A stretch of 64,000 bases of DNA from Chromera velia (Eukaryota): the NCBI GenBank assembly GCA_018398765.1, contig JAHBMJ010000112.1:62001-126000 (forward strand), in the 5' to 3' direction. Below the pieces are notes generated by a model. The model was not told the DNA's origin. It did no database searches and worked only from the letters and a program-made list of their open reading frames with translations. The position numbers and the translations under genes were made by a program. This document shows positions 50,199 to 63,205 of the stretch, piece after piece. Position 1 is the stretch's first letter, and every line of letters begins with the position of its first letter.

Positions 50199-50432
50199 AA
50201 CCTCCCTGAACCTAAGTGCCACTTGAAAAAATATAATTAAGATGATCTCTATCTGCGGCATCGTTTTTCAAGAAACCATCCATGCCTGCGGCGTAAATAG
50301 TCAAGACACCATCTAGGTATGTAGCTTTGGCTTTCAAAACACGGTAAATGATCTGCAGCTGCGGCGCAAACTTTCAAGCTTATCCAAAAATGCGGCTTAA
50401 ACTTTCAAGTGGTAGTTAGGTTCAGGGAGGTT
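50199..50432. mobile_element. 234-bp MITE with ~30-bp TIRs and degenerate 8-bp TSD
   Basis: AACCTCCCTGAACCTAAGTGCCACTTGAAA ... TTTCAAGTGGTAGTTAGGTTCAGGGAGGTT; flanks ATAAAAAC / ATAAAGAT. Confidence 0.85.
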
Positions 50433-50541
50433 ATAAAGATGACAGAATATTTTGTGACAGTACTTTAAGATTTTCAGTCCTATGTTCTTTTTTTTGTTCT
50501 AAGGGCCTTTTATACTGCCGCACCTATTTTAAGATTCAGCT

Positions 50542-50911
50542 AGGCGACGCTCGCAGGAGCATACACACAGGCCCTGGCATGCCCTCACAACTTGACGGAA
50601 TGGCCCCTGCCTGGGTTCCACACCGATGCATCAATAGCGCCATAGAAGGCGGAGCTGTAATTTATTCATACCTTCCGGGGCCTTTGGAGTTGTGAGCGGA
50701 GCGAGCGGCTCTGTAGCTGTCCTTCGACACCTGAGGTGACGCTCGCAGGAGCGTGCACACAGGCCCTGGCATACCTTCACAACTTGATGGAGCGGCCCCT
50801 GCCTAGGTTCCACACCGCTGTATCAATGGCCCCACGGAGGGCGGAGCTGTAATTCATTCATGCCTTCTGGGGCCTTTGGAGTTGCGAGCGGAGCGAGCGG
50901 CTCTGTAGCTG
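50542..50911. repeat. 192-bp tandem duplication upstream of the inhibitor-2 gene
   Basis: AGGYGACGCTCGCAGGAGC...GCGGCTCTGTAGCTGT at 50542 and 50734. Confidence 0.92.
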
Positions 50912-51060
50912 TTTATATAGCTCGGCCCGCGCCCCTGGTGCACGGGGTCCCGCGGGCCGGCGTCAGGGGCGCGGGCCGGCGTCTTGCATATGGCGCACGT
51001 ACGCCGCCCGGGATGCATATGGCAGCACGCATGGCCGCCGGCCATATGGCCGCCGATCAT
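50912..51060 (+). promoter_or_regulatory. GC-rich putative promoter island of the inhibitor-2 gene
   Basis: TTTATATA followed by a GC-rich stretch with repeated GCATAT/CATATGGC. A 5'UTR intron lies at 51232-51309. Confidence 0.45.
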
Positions 51061-51342
51061 TCAATCCAGCGGTCAGCAAATGTTATGCATGACCTTTGTT
51101 CACCTTCCATTGCTGAATCCAACGTTGTTCGGTTGTTCTGCGCCATTCTGCGCCACATATTTCTCTTCACCGAAAGACCGAAACCGAAATACGACGCCAA
51201 CTACTGGAACAGGCAAAGAGCTCCAGCCCCGGTGAGTGGGTTTCTCTGGGCTCCTCCATGAGTCGAGAAGTGTTGTTTGAATCAGCTTCGCATTCAAATC
51301 TTCTCTCAGGTCTGCTGTCGTGAATCAGTGGGACATGTCGAA

Positions 51343-51672
51343 ATGAAGAAGCCGGGCTCCGAAAAGAAAAAGAGTGCCGGTGTAAAGTTTGACGAGGCGG
51401 TGATTGCAGAGCATGACAAGGAGAGGGGCACACGTCAAAAGATCATAGAGCCCAAGACGCCCTTCCACTACGCCTCTGAAGACGGACAGGATCAGGAGGC
51501 CTCTTCAAGCAACGGGGGCGCAGTGTGCCCAAAGGATTTGGCCAACAAGCTCAACGACCATGCGAAAAAAGCAGCCTTTGAGGAGAAGAGGAAGGCGCAC
51601 TACAATGAATATGAGGCGGTGAAAGCGATGAAGGCAAAGATGGCGGCAGGAGACGACGACGATGACGAATGA
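51343..51672 (+). CDS. Protein phosphatase 1 inhibitor-2 (IPP-2 family), 109 aa
   Basis: GVKFDE (RVxF-like), KIIEPKTPFHY (PxTP), FEEKRKAHYNEY and an acidic tail. Confidence 0.95.
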   Translation: MKKPGSEKKKSAGVKFDEAVIAEHDKERGTRQKIIEPKTPFHYASEDGQDQEASSSNGGAVCPKDLANKLNDHAKKAAFEEKRKAHYNEYEAVKAMKAKMAAGDDDDDE

Positions 51673-52554
51673 GAGGGGAAGATCCACCACAGATTGGGAT
51701 GGGAGGGTGTGAGGGAGACTGACTGAACGTATCCTTCGAGGAGGGAGGGCGTGAGGGAGACTGACTGAACGTATCCTTCGAGGAGGGAGGGGAAAGGGAG
51801 GCATGGGGGGAGTCCTCTTCTTTCGTCTCATCGCGACCCAGGTCGCTCAGAGTTTTTTCTGTTGTCACTTTGCTTTGGAGGAAAGTATGAGGGAGGAGCC
51901 ATGCGCAGCGAGTGGCCACAGTCAGTGTTGCGTTGCATGCCTGGCCAGAGGGGAGAGAGGAAAGTGGATCCAGCTTATCGAAGCTGTGACTGCCACTGTT
52001 TTCGTACTTTTCGATCCGGTTGCTGGTTCGGGATGTCAGCAGGTCAAAAGAATGCTGTGGTGGAAGGAAAGAAGCAGGGAGGGTAGCGTTTCTCTCTGAC
52101 TCACTCAATCACCAGTGGGTGGGGAATGACTGCCTTTTGGATTCTTGACTGTTTCCTCCGACCGGACCCCTTCACACGCACGCAACTGAATGATCGAACC
52201 AACGGTACCGGACCCATCGGTTCGGTTCATGTACTTTTATTCTTTCGTACCGAATCTCAACCAAACAAAACGACTTCATGTATATTCCTTTTTAGCCTGT
52301 CGCTGGCTGTTTGCATGTGAGTCGACTGCCAATTTTTGGTACTATTTCCTCTGACAGCGTTTGCCTGCATGCCGTTGCAGTATACTGCTTGCTTGCGTGC
52401 ATACCGGTGCCTGCCCTCCTCCTGTTTGTGATGGGCGTATCTGTTGATGGCCTTGATGGGCGTTTCGGTTTGAGAAGCCGGGCCGTCCACCTACCTGGTT
52501 TGCTCAGCCAAAGCGTCCACTTATCAATCAATCTGTCTCTTTGTCTCCCCTTTG

Positions 52555-52619
52555 CTTGTTTTTTTCTTTCTTTCTTTCTTTCTTTCTTCCTTTCTTTCTG
52601 TCTTTCTTTCTTCCTGTCT

Positions 52620-52683
<64 letters not shown>

Positions 52684-52719
52684 CCTTCCTTCCTTCCTTC
52701 CTTTCTTCCTTCCTTCCTT

Positions 52720-52776
<57 letters not shown>

Positions 52777-52922
52777 CTGCCTTTCTTTCTTTCTTTCTTT
52801 CTTTTTATCTTTCTCTCCTTGCTTCCTTCCTGCCTTCTTGTCTTCTTGTTTTTTTCTTTTATGTATGTATGTATGTATGCATTTTTGTATGTATGTACTA
52901 TGCAATCTGTCCTTCCTTGTCT

Positions 52923-52967
<45 letters not shown>

Positions 52968-52994
52968 CGTGTGCACGTGTATGTGTGCGTGTGT

Positions 52995-53040
<46 letters not shown>

Positions 53041-53138
53041 CTGGATTTGTTCGTCCAAGTTAACTACCGGTGGTGGAGAGGCCGTGTGACAGCTGGAGGG
53101 TGTCTGGTTGTGTGGGTAAAGAAGCGTACGCCTAGCGG

Positions 53139-53181
<43 letters not shown>
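52555..53181. repeat. Compound (CTTT)n/(CT)n/(GT)n microsatellite
   Basis: Direct inspection. Confidence 0.96.
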
Positions 53182-53392
53182 TATATACTTGTGATCACTA
53201 TAGTTGTGATACGTAAAGTTGTAGAGTAAAATAGAGTTTAAAGTTCGAAAATATAACCTATACTAGTAGAATATATATCTTTTTAAACTCATATTTTTTT
53301 AAAAGTTTTTTTTTTTTTAAATATATATTTCTTAAATATATAGAAAGAATCAATGTGTTTGATTGATTGCCAGTGGGTGATTGATTAATTTT

Positions 53393-53447
53393 TAGGATTA
53401 GGATTAGGATTTATGTCCGGAGGATTGGCCTCCCGCCCCAATGCCGA
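53393..53447 (-). mobile_element. Short dispersed repeat with a (TAGGAT)n end, copy 2
   Basis: TAGGATTAGGATTAGGATTTATGTCCGGAGGATTGGCCTCCCGCCCCAATGCCGA matches 25833-25886. Confidence 0.5.
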
Positions 53448-53669
53448 ATGTCCAATTTATCATGCCCTAGGGCCTTGTCGCATAACATAGAATAGCATTG
53501 ATGTTCCAGGTTTTGCCCGCGTTGCTCGCTACTGTAGCTCTAAGCCTAGCTGGAATCCTGTTACTTTTAAAGTTTTAAAATGAAAACAAAAATTAGAATC
53601 TAAAGTTTGTGGTAATTTTTTTTTGCTCCAGTTTCTGCCGTTTGCCTAAGGCGACTAAAGGCGTAACGG

Positions 53670-54515
53670 CAGGGTTACTTTTCTGGTCGGTAACAGGTGT
53701 AGTCTACCGGCAATTGCCGGTAACCGGTAATGGCCTCAGTCTACCTTCCTTTTACCAACAAAAAAAAAAATAAAAATTATAAGGTCAAAAAAAAAATTTC
53801 GCCTGCGGCGCCAACCTTCAAAAACATGTTTTTAACTGTTTATTAACATTTGAAAAGCCTATTAGCAAAAAAAATATATACATGAATTTTATAATTTACT
53901 ATAATTTCAATTATATTTTAACTGCTTCGATCACCCCTATATTAAAGTGACATAAAGTTCTAACAGCTCTGTCCAACAGCTACTCCTTTTTCCTTAAATT
54001 GACTCTGTTCCATCTCCTACTGTTCTGTTTCTCTGTATCAGGCCTTGAGCCGTCGTTTGAAAGCGATCAAAGTAAGGAACGAGTAACGACTTAGTAGTAC
54101 TTAGCGTAGTCGGCTCCTAAGGCATACTTATCCAGAGTTCACACCTTACAGAAGTAAATACTGTTCACAACAATATGAAGAGACTTCCTCTTGCTTGTGT
54201 CTTTATTCTGTTTGATCCATCTGTATCTGTATTCTAATCTGTATCAATACAATTAATAATATAGATTGTAGGATCGACCGGCATACATCACTTGACCTAG
54301 TGACTGTCTTACACCTTGCATACTGCCAGTTGCAACTGGACAGTAAAAGCACTTCTTCGGACTATGCTACCTATGATTGATTGATTGACCTATAAGGGAC
54401 TGTGAGTGATTGTTAGAATTCTGTAAAGTCTTTTCCGACTGCCAGCAAACTCTGCCGGTAATTACCGGTTACCGGTAATGAAGCTTGTCTACTGCCAAAA
54501 AAATCAGCAACCCTG
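53670..54515. mobile_element. Non-autonomous hAT-like DNA transposon, 846 bp
   Basis: Perfect 8-bp TSD CGTAACGG (53662-53669, 54516-54523). TIR CAGGGTTAC / GCAACCCTG. Subterminal (A)CCGGTAA repeats at both ends; no ORF. Confidence 0.9.
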
Positions 54516-55650
54516 CGTAACGGTGCTAGCGCTAGTGTTTGCATGCGGGCACTCATAGTTTAAACCTAGGTTTGAGTTAGTTCGAGTCAACCGTTTAAAC
54601 TTTAAACACATATTGATTTGATCTATGCTAGATTTCCTAGTAGATTTCACTAGGGATTTCATCACATGATCATGACATGATAATTTTGATCACTAGTTTT
54701 ATCATATCTGTACGCAACAGCCTACTAAGACGACAGTAAAGAGAGGAATTGGCGCATAATAAAGTGTTCAATGATGTGCAGTGGAGTGCAACGATACAAC
54801 TTTCGTTTACGCGATCGTCCGTCCGGATCTCTCCGCTTACGATCGAACTGTGCGCACTCAATGCCATGCAGCCAGCCTCTCCGATTGAGAGGACGGGGCA
54901 TGCATGGGTTAGATCGCCAACGTGATCTTCAAAGAGAAACCTTACCGATGTACAATGGACAGATTTTGAGAAGTGGAAGAGTGACGACTTCCCCGTCTCT
55001 GACGAGGAGGAAGCCGCAATGGTGGGCAGGTACAGAATGCAGAGGAAAGTGAAAAAAAGAATACACACAAACGGACGGCTAGGTGGAGAGAGAGAAAGAG
55101 AGAGCGAGGCGCCAGAAGGCCCCCCCTTCCCTCATTGAAAGCGGTTTAATTATTTCTTCCCGTTGTTCATCCATGAATTTCTTCAATTATTATTCTGGCA
55201 TCTCTCAATAATGTCTTAAGTCATTCATTCCTTCACGTCGACCTTAATTCGCATCCTTCACTTCTCCTTCCCTCCAATCATTCATCATTTATTCTTACTG
55301 TCACCGATCCTGCCATCGGCGGACGGGACTGGCCGATCAGAGAGACCGCGGGGTGCGTTCTCTCTGCAAGGGCACAGACCGTCACCCAACTATTTCTCCC
55401 CCCCCCATCAGTTTCTCCTCGTTCTCACTTCTCCTCTTTCGTTCGTTCTTTCCTTCCTTCCTTCCCTCCCTCCCCCCTCCTCTCTTTCATCCCTCTCCGG
55501 AACAATCAATCCTTCGGGGAGGTTGCCGACTGACTGCATGATCGAGCAAACACACAGCTGCAAGGAAGACGGACAGCTGTTGGAGAAATCAGGAGGGAGA
55601 CGGCAACGGGGACAGGCGAAAGAAACAAAGACAAAAGAAGACGAGACGAG

Positions 55651-56789
55651 CTACAACGAGGGAGTTCCGTGCACCCGCACTCTGTACACGCACACACGCT
55701 CCCTGCCGTCTCCCTCACCGTAGAAGGAGTCAAACCGGAAAGTCACGGTGTCTGTCGCTTCAGTCGGGGGAATTCCGTACTGCTTCGGAAGTCCCTCGGC
55801 AGTCTTGCTGCCTGGTTTATCAAGCTGGATAGAAGCCACAGGACGCCCCCTCTGTACACGACGGAACTTCTCCAGGGTTCTCTCTGACTCAGTGAGGCCC
55901 TGCCCCTCAGGAGCAGAGAGAGAGGATGAGCCTGGCCAGAGGAAGACAGACACCACCCCCGGTGCCATCTTATAGGGTGATCTCTCAGGGTCAATGTGGT
56001 CCACACCCACTGCAGTGACCTTGATCTGCACCAGAGAGAAAGAGAAAGAGAAAGGCCCAAATGGAGTCACTTCCTTCCACCCACAAAGGAGGGACACACA
56101 GAACCAAGTCATCAGAAACAGCCGATATACCAGGCAAGTAGCGGCGTCGTTTTTTTTTTCTCTCAGAAACCCAGAAATACGAAGAATGAAGACAGAGCTG
56201 GAGCGTTCAACGCTTAAGCTGAAAAAGGAAATTACAGCAGGTAGAAAGCTGAGCGCAACTCTCTCCCAAAATCTTTATGGAGGGAATCAAAGACGAGACA
56301 GAAACACGAACAGACATGGAAGAGATACATCAGCCGACCACCAAAATCTCCCTCCCTCTTTCGTAACTTTCCCTTCCCAACCGAATCCCTCCCCCCAACC
56401 ACGAACCTTCGACTTCAGCCGGACCGTCAGAGTGCCCCCCAGCGAGACGGGGAAGCACCGACCGGGCGTCATTTCGGAGTCTAGAGCCACGAGAGGGCTG
56501 TGCAGCTCCTCATGGGATCTTTCGAGTTTGAAGGAGAGAGACCCCTTTCCCTTCTCGGTGAAGGCATCTTTCAGTACCTTTCCTGCTTGCTCAAGACGGT
56601 GCACCCTGCAGACGGATAAGAAAAGACGGGGGCACAGGCAGAGAAAGTTTCTTTCCTCTCCCTTTGTTACTGCTCCCATCCTGTCTGTCTATCTGTCTGT
56701 CTGAAAGAAAGGAAGCGAAAAAGTAAAGAAAAGAAAAGACGATATAGTCTGTCTGCCCCCTTTTTTCTGTCTGACGAACGGTGTGTGCC

Positions 56790-56826
<37 letters not shown>

Positions 56827-59800
56827 CCTTGCGGCTTGAGAATAATTCTACTCCCGTCTGGTTGACCGTCATTTCTGCTTTCTTTCGTGCCAACTGCACC
56901 CCCCTTCCTTTGGCTCGGAACGCGAAGCTTTCATGGATGAGGGAAGGATTCTTTAAGAAAGAAGCAGGGATGGATGAATGAACGAATGAATGAAGGGCAA
57001 AATGGATGAAGAAAAAGACGGAACACAGAATAAAGGCAGCACCCAAACAGAAAGAAATTCTTCCCTTTCGTGGCACCGGAGAAGAGAGAAGCCGCTTCAC
57101 TGCCAAAAAAGGAAACGGGAACAGAAATTCGAGAAAAACTCGTCATAAACCCCACAAAGAAAGAAAGAAAAGAAAGAAGAAAAAAAACAAAGAAAAACAA
57201 AAAAACAGAAACTCTTCAAAGAAAAAAAAAAGAAAAGGAAGAAAGAAAAACCCACGTCGATGACGACTCCGTGCCCGGTGCTGTTCCCCCTGGCATGTGA
57301 GGAAGAGCTGTACCCTCCAGGAGCACCCGGGCCCCCAACGAAGAGAGAGCCCAGTCAACTACAGGAAGGTCTGCAGGAGCTCCCCCCTTCTTTTGGAGGT
57401 CAGCCTCCAGTTTGTCAAGATGAGAGCGGAGGACCCCGAGCTCTTCCTGGGTCTTTGCAACCCTCTGGGTCGTCTCTTTGTCCACCTGAGGGCCCTTCTT
57501 TGTGCTCTGCTGCTGCGACCTTCTGACGTCCTCGACAGACTGACGGACGTTCGCGATCTCTGTCTCCATCACGCCTACCTGCTTTCGCTGCAAATAATTC
57601 GAAGAGCAACATTGTCACACATTGCGTGATTTCTGATTTTCATACAGTGGAAAATTATTCGTCCCTGTGCGACGTGAAATTTCAGGACGCCAGTGGCAGG
57701 AGACGGAGGCGGAATGCTTTCTGCAAGTGTTTTTCGACTCATTGGGAACGATATCTTTGACAGTCGCTCCTACCTACATTATCATTTTTGCACCACACCC
57801 ACACCCACACCCACACCCACACACCCACACCCACACCCACACACCCACACCCACACACACGTCGCATGGGGACATGCAGACAAATGGGGTGGAGGGAAAG
57901 ACCGAGACATGTACAAAGAGAGGAGACCAGAGAAAGACAGACAAAAAGACACAGACCCAGACAGGAAGCAAGCGACACACAAACAAACTGACCAGAGCAG
58001 ACATAGCTGCCGCCATATCTTCCGCATTCTTCTTGAGGCTCGTCTCTGTGTCCTGTCTGAGCAGATTCACATCGCCCTCGAGAGATCCCTTCAGGTTGGA
58101 CTCTCTCTCATCTAGTTTTTGCATCCATGCCGCCTCGGCAGACGACATTTCTGTCTTCATCTCTTTCAGTAATTCTGCCCATATGGCATGCTCCTGGGCC
58201 TGGATTTTCTCTTGCAAATCTACGTTCATCTTCTCCCACAACTTTTCCTCCAAACTATCTAGATCAATAGGGGGACCGTCAGGAGAGGGATGTACAGACT
58301 GCTTAGCCAGAGATTCTTTGAGCTCTTCGTACAACTCTCTGCCTTCTCTGTCAACTTTCGAGACAGCATCTCTGACAGTCTCCAGTTCGATCGCGGTCTC
58401 TCTGACCATTTTGTCTACACCCTCCACTCTCTGTCCCACAGTGTGAATCTTTGTATCAAGTGACTTCACTCTCTCATCCGTCGTTTCTCTTTCCTTTTCA
58501 ATGCCCATCCTGAATTCCTTTGCAGCCGTCTCTCTCTCGGACTCTCTGAGTGTCTCTGCAGTCGAGAGGCGCTCAGAGAGCCGGGACACTTCCTCGTTCG
58601 TGGAGTGGATGCGGAGATCCATCTCAGCAGTGGCCAAGGAGAAGTTAGAGGTCAGGGCCCGCACAGTCCAGTTCATCACGTCCTGGCCGACCTGCAAGCG
58701 GACAGACATGTGGACAGATTTCAGTGAACCGAATGCGGAAACGCGAGCGCACTCCGGGGCGGGTCAGAAAGTAGCTGAAGACAGCCCGAAGACGATCCAT
58801 GGATCGAAGAAAGAAGGGTCAAACAAAAAGAGAAAGACGAGAGAGGAAAGAGGAGGAAGCCGGGGGGCGCAAAGAAAACTAACGTCTCCTCTCAATGTGC
58901 ATGAAAGCGCTCACATAGTAGTCACCGAGAAAAACAAACAATGCCGTCCTAACGCTCTTACGCCAGCGATCAAGAAAAGAAAAAGAATAGCAGGCCAGCA
59001 CAGAGAAAGAAGAGAGGAGAAGAGAAGTGTGAGGAAGAGGGAAGCGCTCTTTCTCCTCCCATCATTTCGCTTTCATTGTTTTGGTCAAAGCACAGTCTTT
59101 GTCTTGTTGCTGATTTCTCTCTTCCTTTCTCTCCCTCTCTCCTTTGGCCTCACACACTCCATCAACCTTGCCCCTCCTTACCTGGAGTTCAGCGATGTCT
59201 CTGTCTGTCTGAGCTTTGTAGTCTGCAACAGCCACAGCACGAAGCAGCAACACGAAAAGTCACTCGGGTAATCATTCATTCAGATGGCGAGAGAGGGGGT
59301 CCACAGGGGAGGGGCGCACATAAAAGTAAGGCAGTGGAGGTCTCTTGAGTAGGATTCGCTCAGAAAGAATCAAAGGGAGAGACGGAGAACGAAACGGCAA
59401 CAAAGAGCGAGAGAAAGGAAATCAAGCACTGATCGCCACGAGGACTACCACAAACGACAAGGCGGAAGGAAACACAACCACGTCACGTCACAAAGACGGC
59501 AACGCCCGAGATCAAATGGGTGTGGCACAAAAGAGGAATCAAATCAACCCTGTGTGATGTAGAGACAGGGACAGCCTGGCAGCATGAGAGAGAAGGGAAA
59601 GGCAGAAAGAAGAGAGCAGAAGGAAGAGAGGAAAAGAACACCCGAGCAGATCGACGCTTCATTGATTGTTTTCATTCCACAATCGACCCTGATTTGAGTT
59701 CGGTCGATTGCTCAACAACTTCCCTTCCCACGAATTTCGGGTACTCCGCCATTCCCTTCCCTTCCCGACCGCTGCTGTGTCCCTCTTTCTATTTGATTAT

Positions 59801-62241
59801 CACACTCTGGAGAGAGAAAAAAAGATGCCGATCACTTTTGTGAACTTCATCCCACTACGTCAGGGTGATATCCATGGATCGAAATTCGGGCAGGAGATGC
59901 GCTTTTGGAGAAGACGTCAGACGATTGGAAAAAGGGATCAAAGGCAGGACCGACGGAAGCAAGGAAAGATAAAAAGACACACAGACCGACCAACCATCGA
60001 GTTTGGCAGCCCATGTGTTCATATTTGACGCAAGAAGGTCGATCTTGTCATCAGTTGTCCGAATCGTCTCGGCGAAGTTCTTCTTGATGCTCTGCACCCC
60101 CACACGCATCTCCACACACCCGTGCACGCGCGTGCGCACACACACACACACACACACATTGAAAAAAACATCGACACATACACAGAGAGGGGGAGGGGGG
60201 GAAGGCGACCGCGCGCGAGCGAGAGAGAGAGAGACAGACGCAGAAGCGGTTGCCCAGCCTCCTCTACCTTGAGAAGAAAAAACGAACGCACGCAAAAAAA
60301 AAAACAGGCGGGCAAAAATACGCAGAGACAAATTAACATTTCAACGGACGCGCAGACAGATGGACTGATAGACTAACAGACATATGTGGAGCCAGACAAA
60401 CTATATCGTCTTTTCTTTCCTTTTTCTCTTCCTTTCTTTCAGAGCCAGACAGCCGGACAGACAGCCGGACACCCAATTTGTTGTTTTTGAACGGACGTAG
60501 CTAGCGCAGCCAGCCAGAGGTGGAACACAGGGTGCAAACTGACGGCTGCCAGCTTCTCCAAGTCTTCGCCTCCCGTCCTCTCTCCTGTGATGCCCGGTTC
60601 GCCCAGTGGAAGAGAGACAGAAGACGTCTGAGGACCCAAGCTGGGGTAGACGAGAGGGTAGGCCATCAGAAGTCCAATGAACAGTAAGCAGGTCACTGCA
60701 ATACGACGATGTAGGAAGAGGAACACAGACGTTCTGACAGACCGACAGACCAAGAACACAAAAGGTTCTTCCCAACTTGCACAGAACTGCAATAGGACAC
60801 GATAGAGCCATGGGAGCACCCACATATACACTCGCACAGAGGAAGGGAGAGGTACGCTCGGCTTTACTGATTTTCAAGGAGAGCGTGGTCCCCATCCGTC
60901 TTACAACACACAAAACTTCCAGACGAGGGTTATACGTTAGGGGGAAAGATCGAAAATTTGCTGTTAGCCGATGAGAGAAAACCAATCGCACAAAGCAAAG
61001 AGAAGAAGGAAGGACCTGTGGAAAAAACTCAACAGACCGACCGACCGACCGACGGAACCGATAGAGATCCACTTGAACACCTTCAGCTGCTTTTCCTTCT
61101 CCTCCTGCTGCTGTTGTTGAAGAACCTGCTGTTGCGCCATTTGTGCGGCGAGACCCCCTCCCCCTCCCCCCGATCCTGACGCCGACGCAGACCCAGACTG
61201 GCCAGCAGCGCCACCCCGCCGATTCCCCCCGCGAGGGTTGGCCCTGCTGTTGCTCGCCCCATTTGCTCCTCCCTCCGCCTCCTCAACCTCAGCATGAGAG
61301 CTCCGCACGGAACCTTCACCGAGGTCCTGCAGGCAGAAGAAGAAAAGACACAAAAGAGCACGCACTCACACGTGAATCTTGCAGCTTTCTCACAACAGAA
61401 GTCTTCTCGACGAGCGCTGGAGGCCCGCACGCGTGACTGGAGGGAGAGCTCCACCAGACGGGATGACCAGAGCGTAAGGGAAAGACCAGAGAGTATATCG
61501 GAAGGAAGGAAGACCAAATCGATCAGGGATGGACAGTGGGCAGAAAACAAAGAGGAAAGCGGGACGACAGACTGAGGAATGAGCACAGAAAGAAAGGGGG
61601 AAGAGGGAGAATCCAGCAGCAGGCAAGAAAAAAGAAAACGTAGCTGAATGCAACTTTACTGATCAAACAAAACCAAATCGGGAGACACCAAGCAGCTTCT
61701 CTTGTTGACTTCATCAAGTCACTCACCCTTGATCCGCGAGCAGACCCTCCGGTCTCTGCAGATCAGAAAGAGGGGGAAAGAGGAGGTGAGAAAAGACAGA
61801 GAACAAGGAGGATCTGCACGAAGCGTCGAATCGCGGTTCCTTGCAAAGCAGACTGAGCCCCTGAAATCCTTGCGATACAGAAGAAGAGAAGGAAAACATC
61901 AATCACGCAAAACGACTGACGTCTGGGTTGGCTGATTCGTGTGCGCGGATTCTGCAGGCAAATATTCAACAGCAGAGGGGTGTGCATTCTTTTGAAGATG
62001 AGAAGCGTTGCACTGTTCACAAAAATTGGAAGGTCTGAAAACGCACGTGCGACATAAGTGATTCCACTTCTTCTCGAGTAAAGTGCTGTCCCTGAATACG
62101 TGCAGATCTCCTTCTAGTTCCCGGCGTGACCGGAGGTGGGAAATTCCCTCCAAAGAGAAGGCCAGTGACAGAATTCGGACCCGTTCCCGTCCCGACACCA
62201 GTCAAAGAGACACCTTCACTCCCTTCTCTCTCCCACTCCAT
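55651..62241 (-). CDS. SUN-domain (Sad1/UNC-84, C-terminal type) nuclear envelope protein, multi-exon
   Basis: Basic N-terminus from ATG 62241 (TPGTRRRSARIQ), single TM (IAVTCLLFIGLLMAYPLVY, ~60650-60705), long coiled-coil exons (60100-57400). SUN motifs VDWALSSLGARVL, TPGRCFPV..GTLTVRL, IKVTAVGVDHI and terminal VCVYRVRVHG. Some internal boundaries are approximate. Confidence 0.9.
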
Positions 62242-62454
62242 CCTCACCAAGCATCTCTGCTCAAAGGCCGAACCAGTTCTGGGACGCAAAAAAGACTCTA
62301 AACACAAAAGAATTACCACACTCCTCGTACATGCAATTGAGCAGAAGGCCTAATATATACCACTCCAAAGTATATAACTCCAAGTACTTTGGAGATTCTC
62401 ACGATTTCTCACGATGTCCAATGCCTGCAGGATTTCAAGACCAATGATTGAAGA

Positions 62455-62610
62455 CGGGGGGTCGGCCGGCTGCATAAGGCGCGCCCCGCGTCGGGCGCGC
62501 CTGCATGATCGAAAATTAAGCTGCATGAGGCGCCCACCCCCGGCGCCCTACCGAGACCCCGCCCCTCGGAAGTCCGCCAAACCCCGCCAGCCACCGTCTA
62601 GGCCGCCGTC
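62455..62610. promoter_or_regulatory. GC-rich island with TGCATG upstream of the SUN gene
   Basis: GGCGCGCCCCGCGTCGGGCGCGCCTGCATG...CTGCATGAGGCGCC. Confidence 0.45.
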
Positions 62611-63205
62611 TGATACCATACATCATGGACCCTCCGACCCAGACCTACAAACATCTTATAACAACCCCCCTTATTATGTTTCTTCTAGTTCCTTCTTATT
62701 CCTTCTAGTTCTTCCGTCCAATTCTTATGCTAAAAGACTCACCTAAGCTGACAATTTTTTAGTTATAACAAATTTTAGTCTGGTGCCTTAAAAAATCTAC
62801 AAGTCTTTCAGAAAGACTCGTTTGTGAATTAAAAAACTAGACTGTACGCAATTATATACAATCACACAAAAAAAATAAAGGAAGACAAAATAATGTAAAA
62901 TAATGTTAAGGAATGAGCGGCTGCGGGGTTATGGACGGTAAGTGAATCTAGCTTTCATACAAGAATGTTTTTTATTTTAATTTTTTTAATAGAGATTTTA
63001 ATAGTATTTAATATATTTTTAATATACATTTATCATTTTTTTAAACATATTTTCTAATCATTTTTATAAGGTTAGTGTTTACTATTACTAATTTTCTTAC
63101 CAATTTTTTCAGGGTACGTCCGTCATGCAGCGATATACTATGCAGAGCCCGCTATCCAGTCCGCTAGTGGATGGCTTACTTCCGCCTCCAGCATTGTACC
63201 ATCAA

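Larger units (their letters stand above)
48337..50541. mobile_element. Non-autonomous DNA transposon with GG-starting TIRs and 8-bp TSD (Merlin/IS1595-like, tentative), carrying nested insertions
   Basis: TSD AGGCGACG at 48329-48336 and 50542-50549. Left end GGCTAAATCTTA..ATAGGTGCGGCAGTAT; right end ATACTGCCGCACCTAT..TAAGATTCAGCT. The empty-site sequence is seen at 50724-50752. Confidence 0.85.

Noticed and set aside
53391..53412. TTAGGA repeats as interstitial telomere
   Set aside because: Only three units, not TTAGGG/TTTAGGG, and attached to a dispersed repeat.
37823..62241. Functional cluster of endomembrane genes (BAP31-like, VAMP7-like, SUN)
   Set aside because: Unrelated housekeeping genes separated by TE tracts; no evidence of co-regulation.
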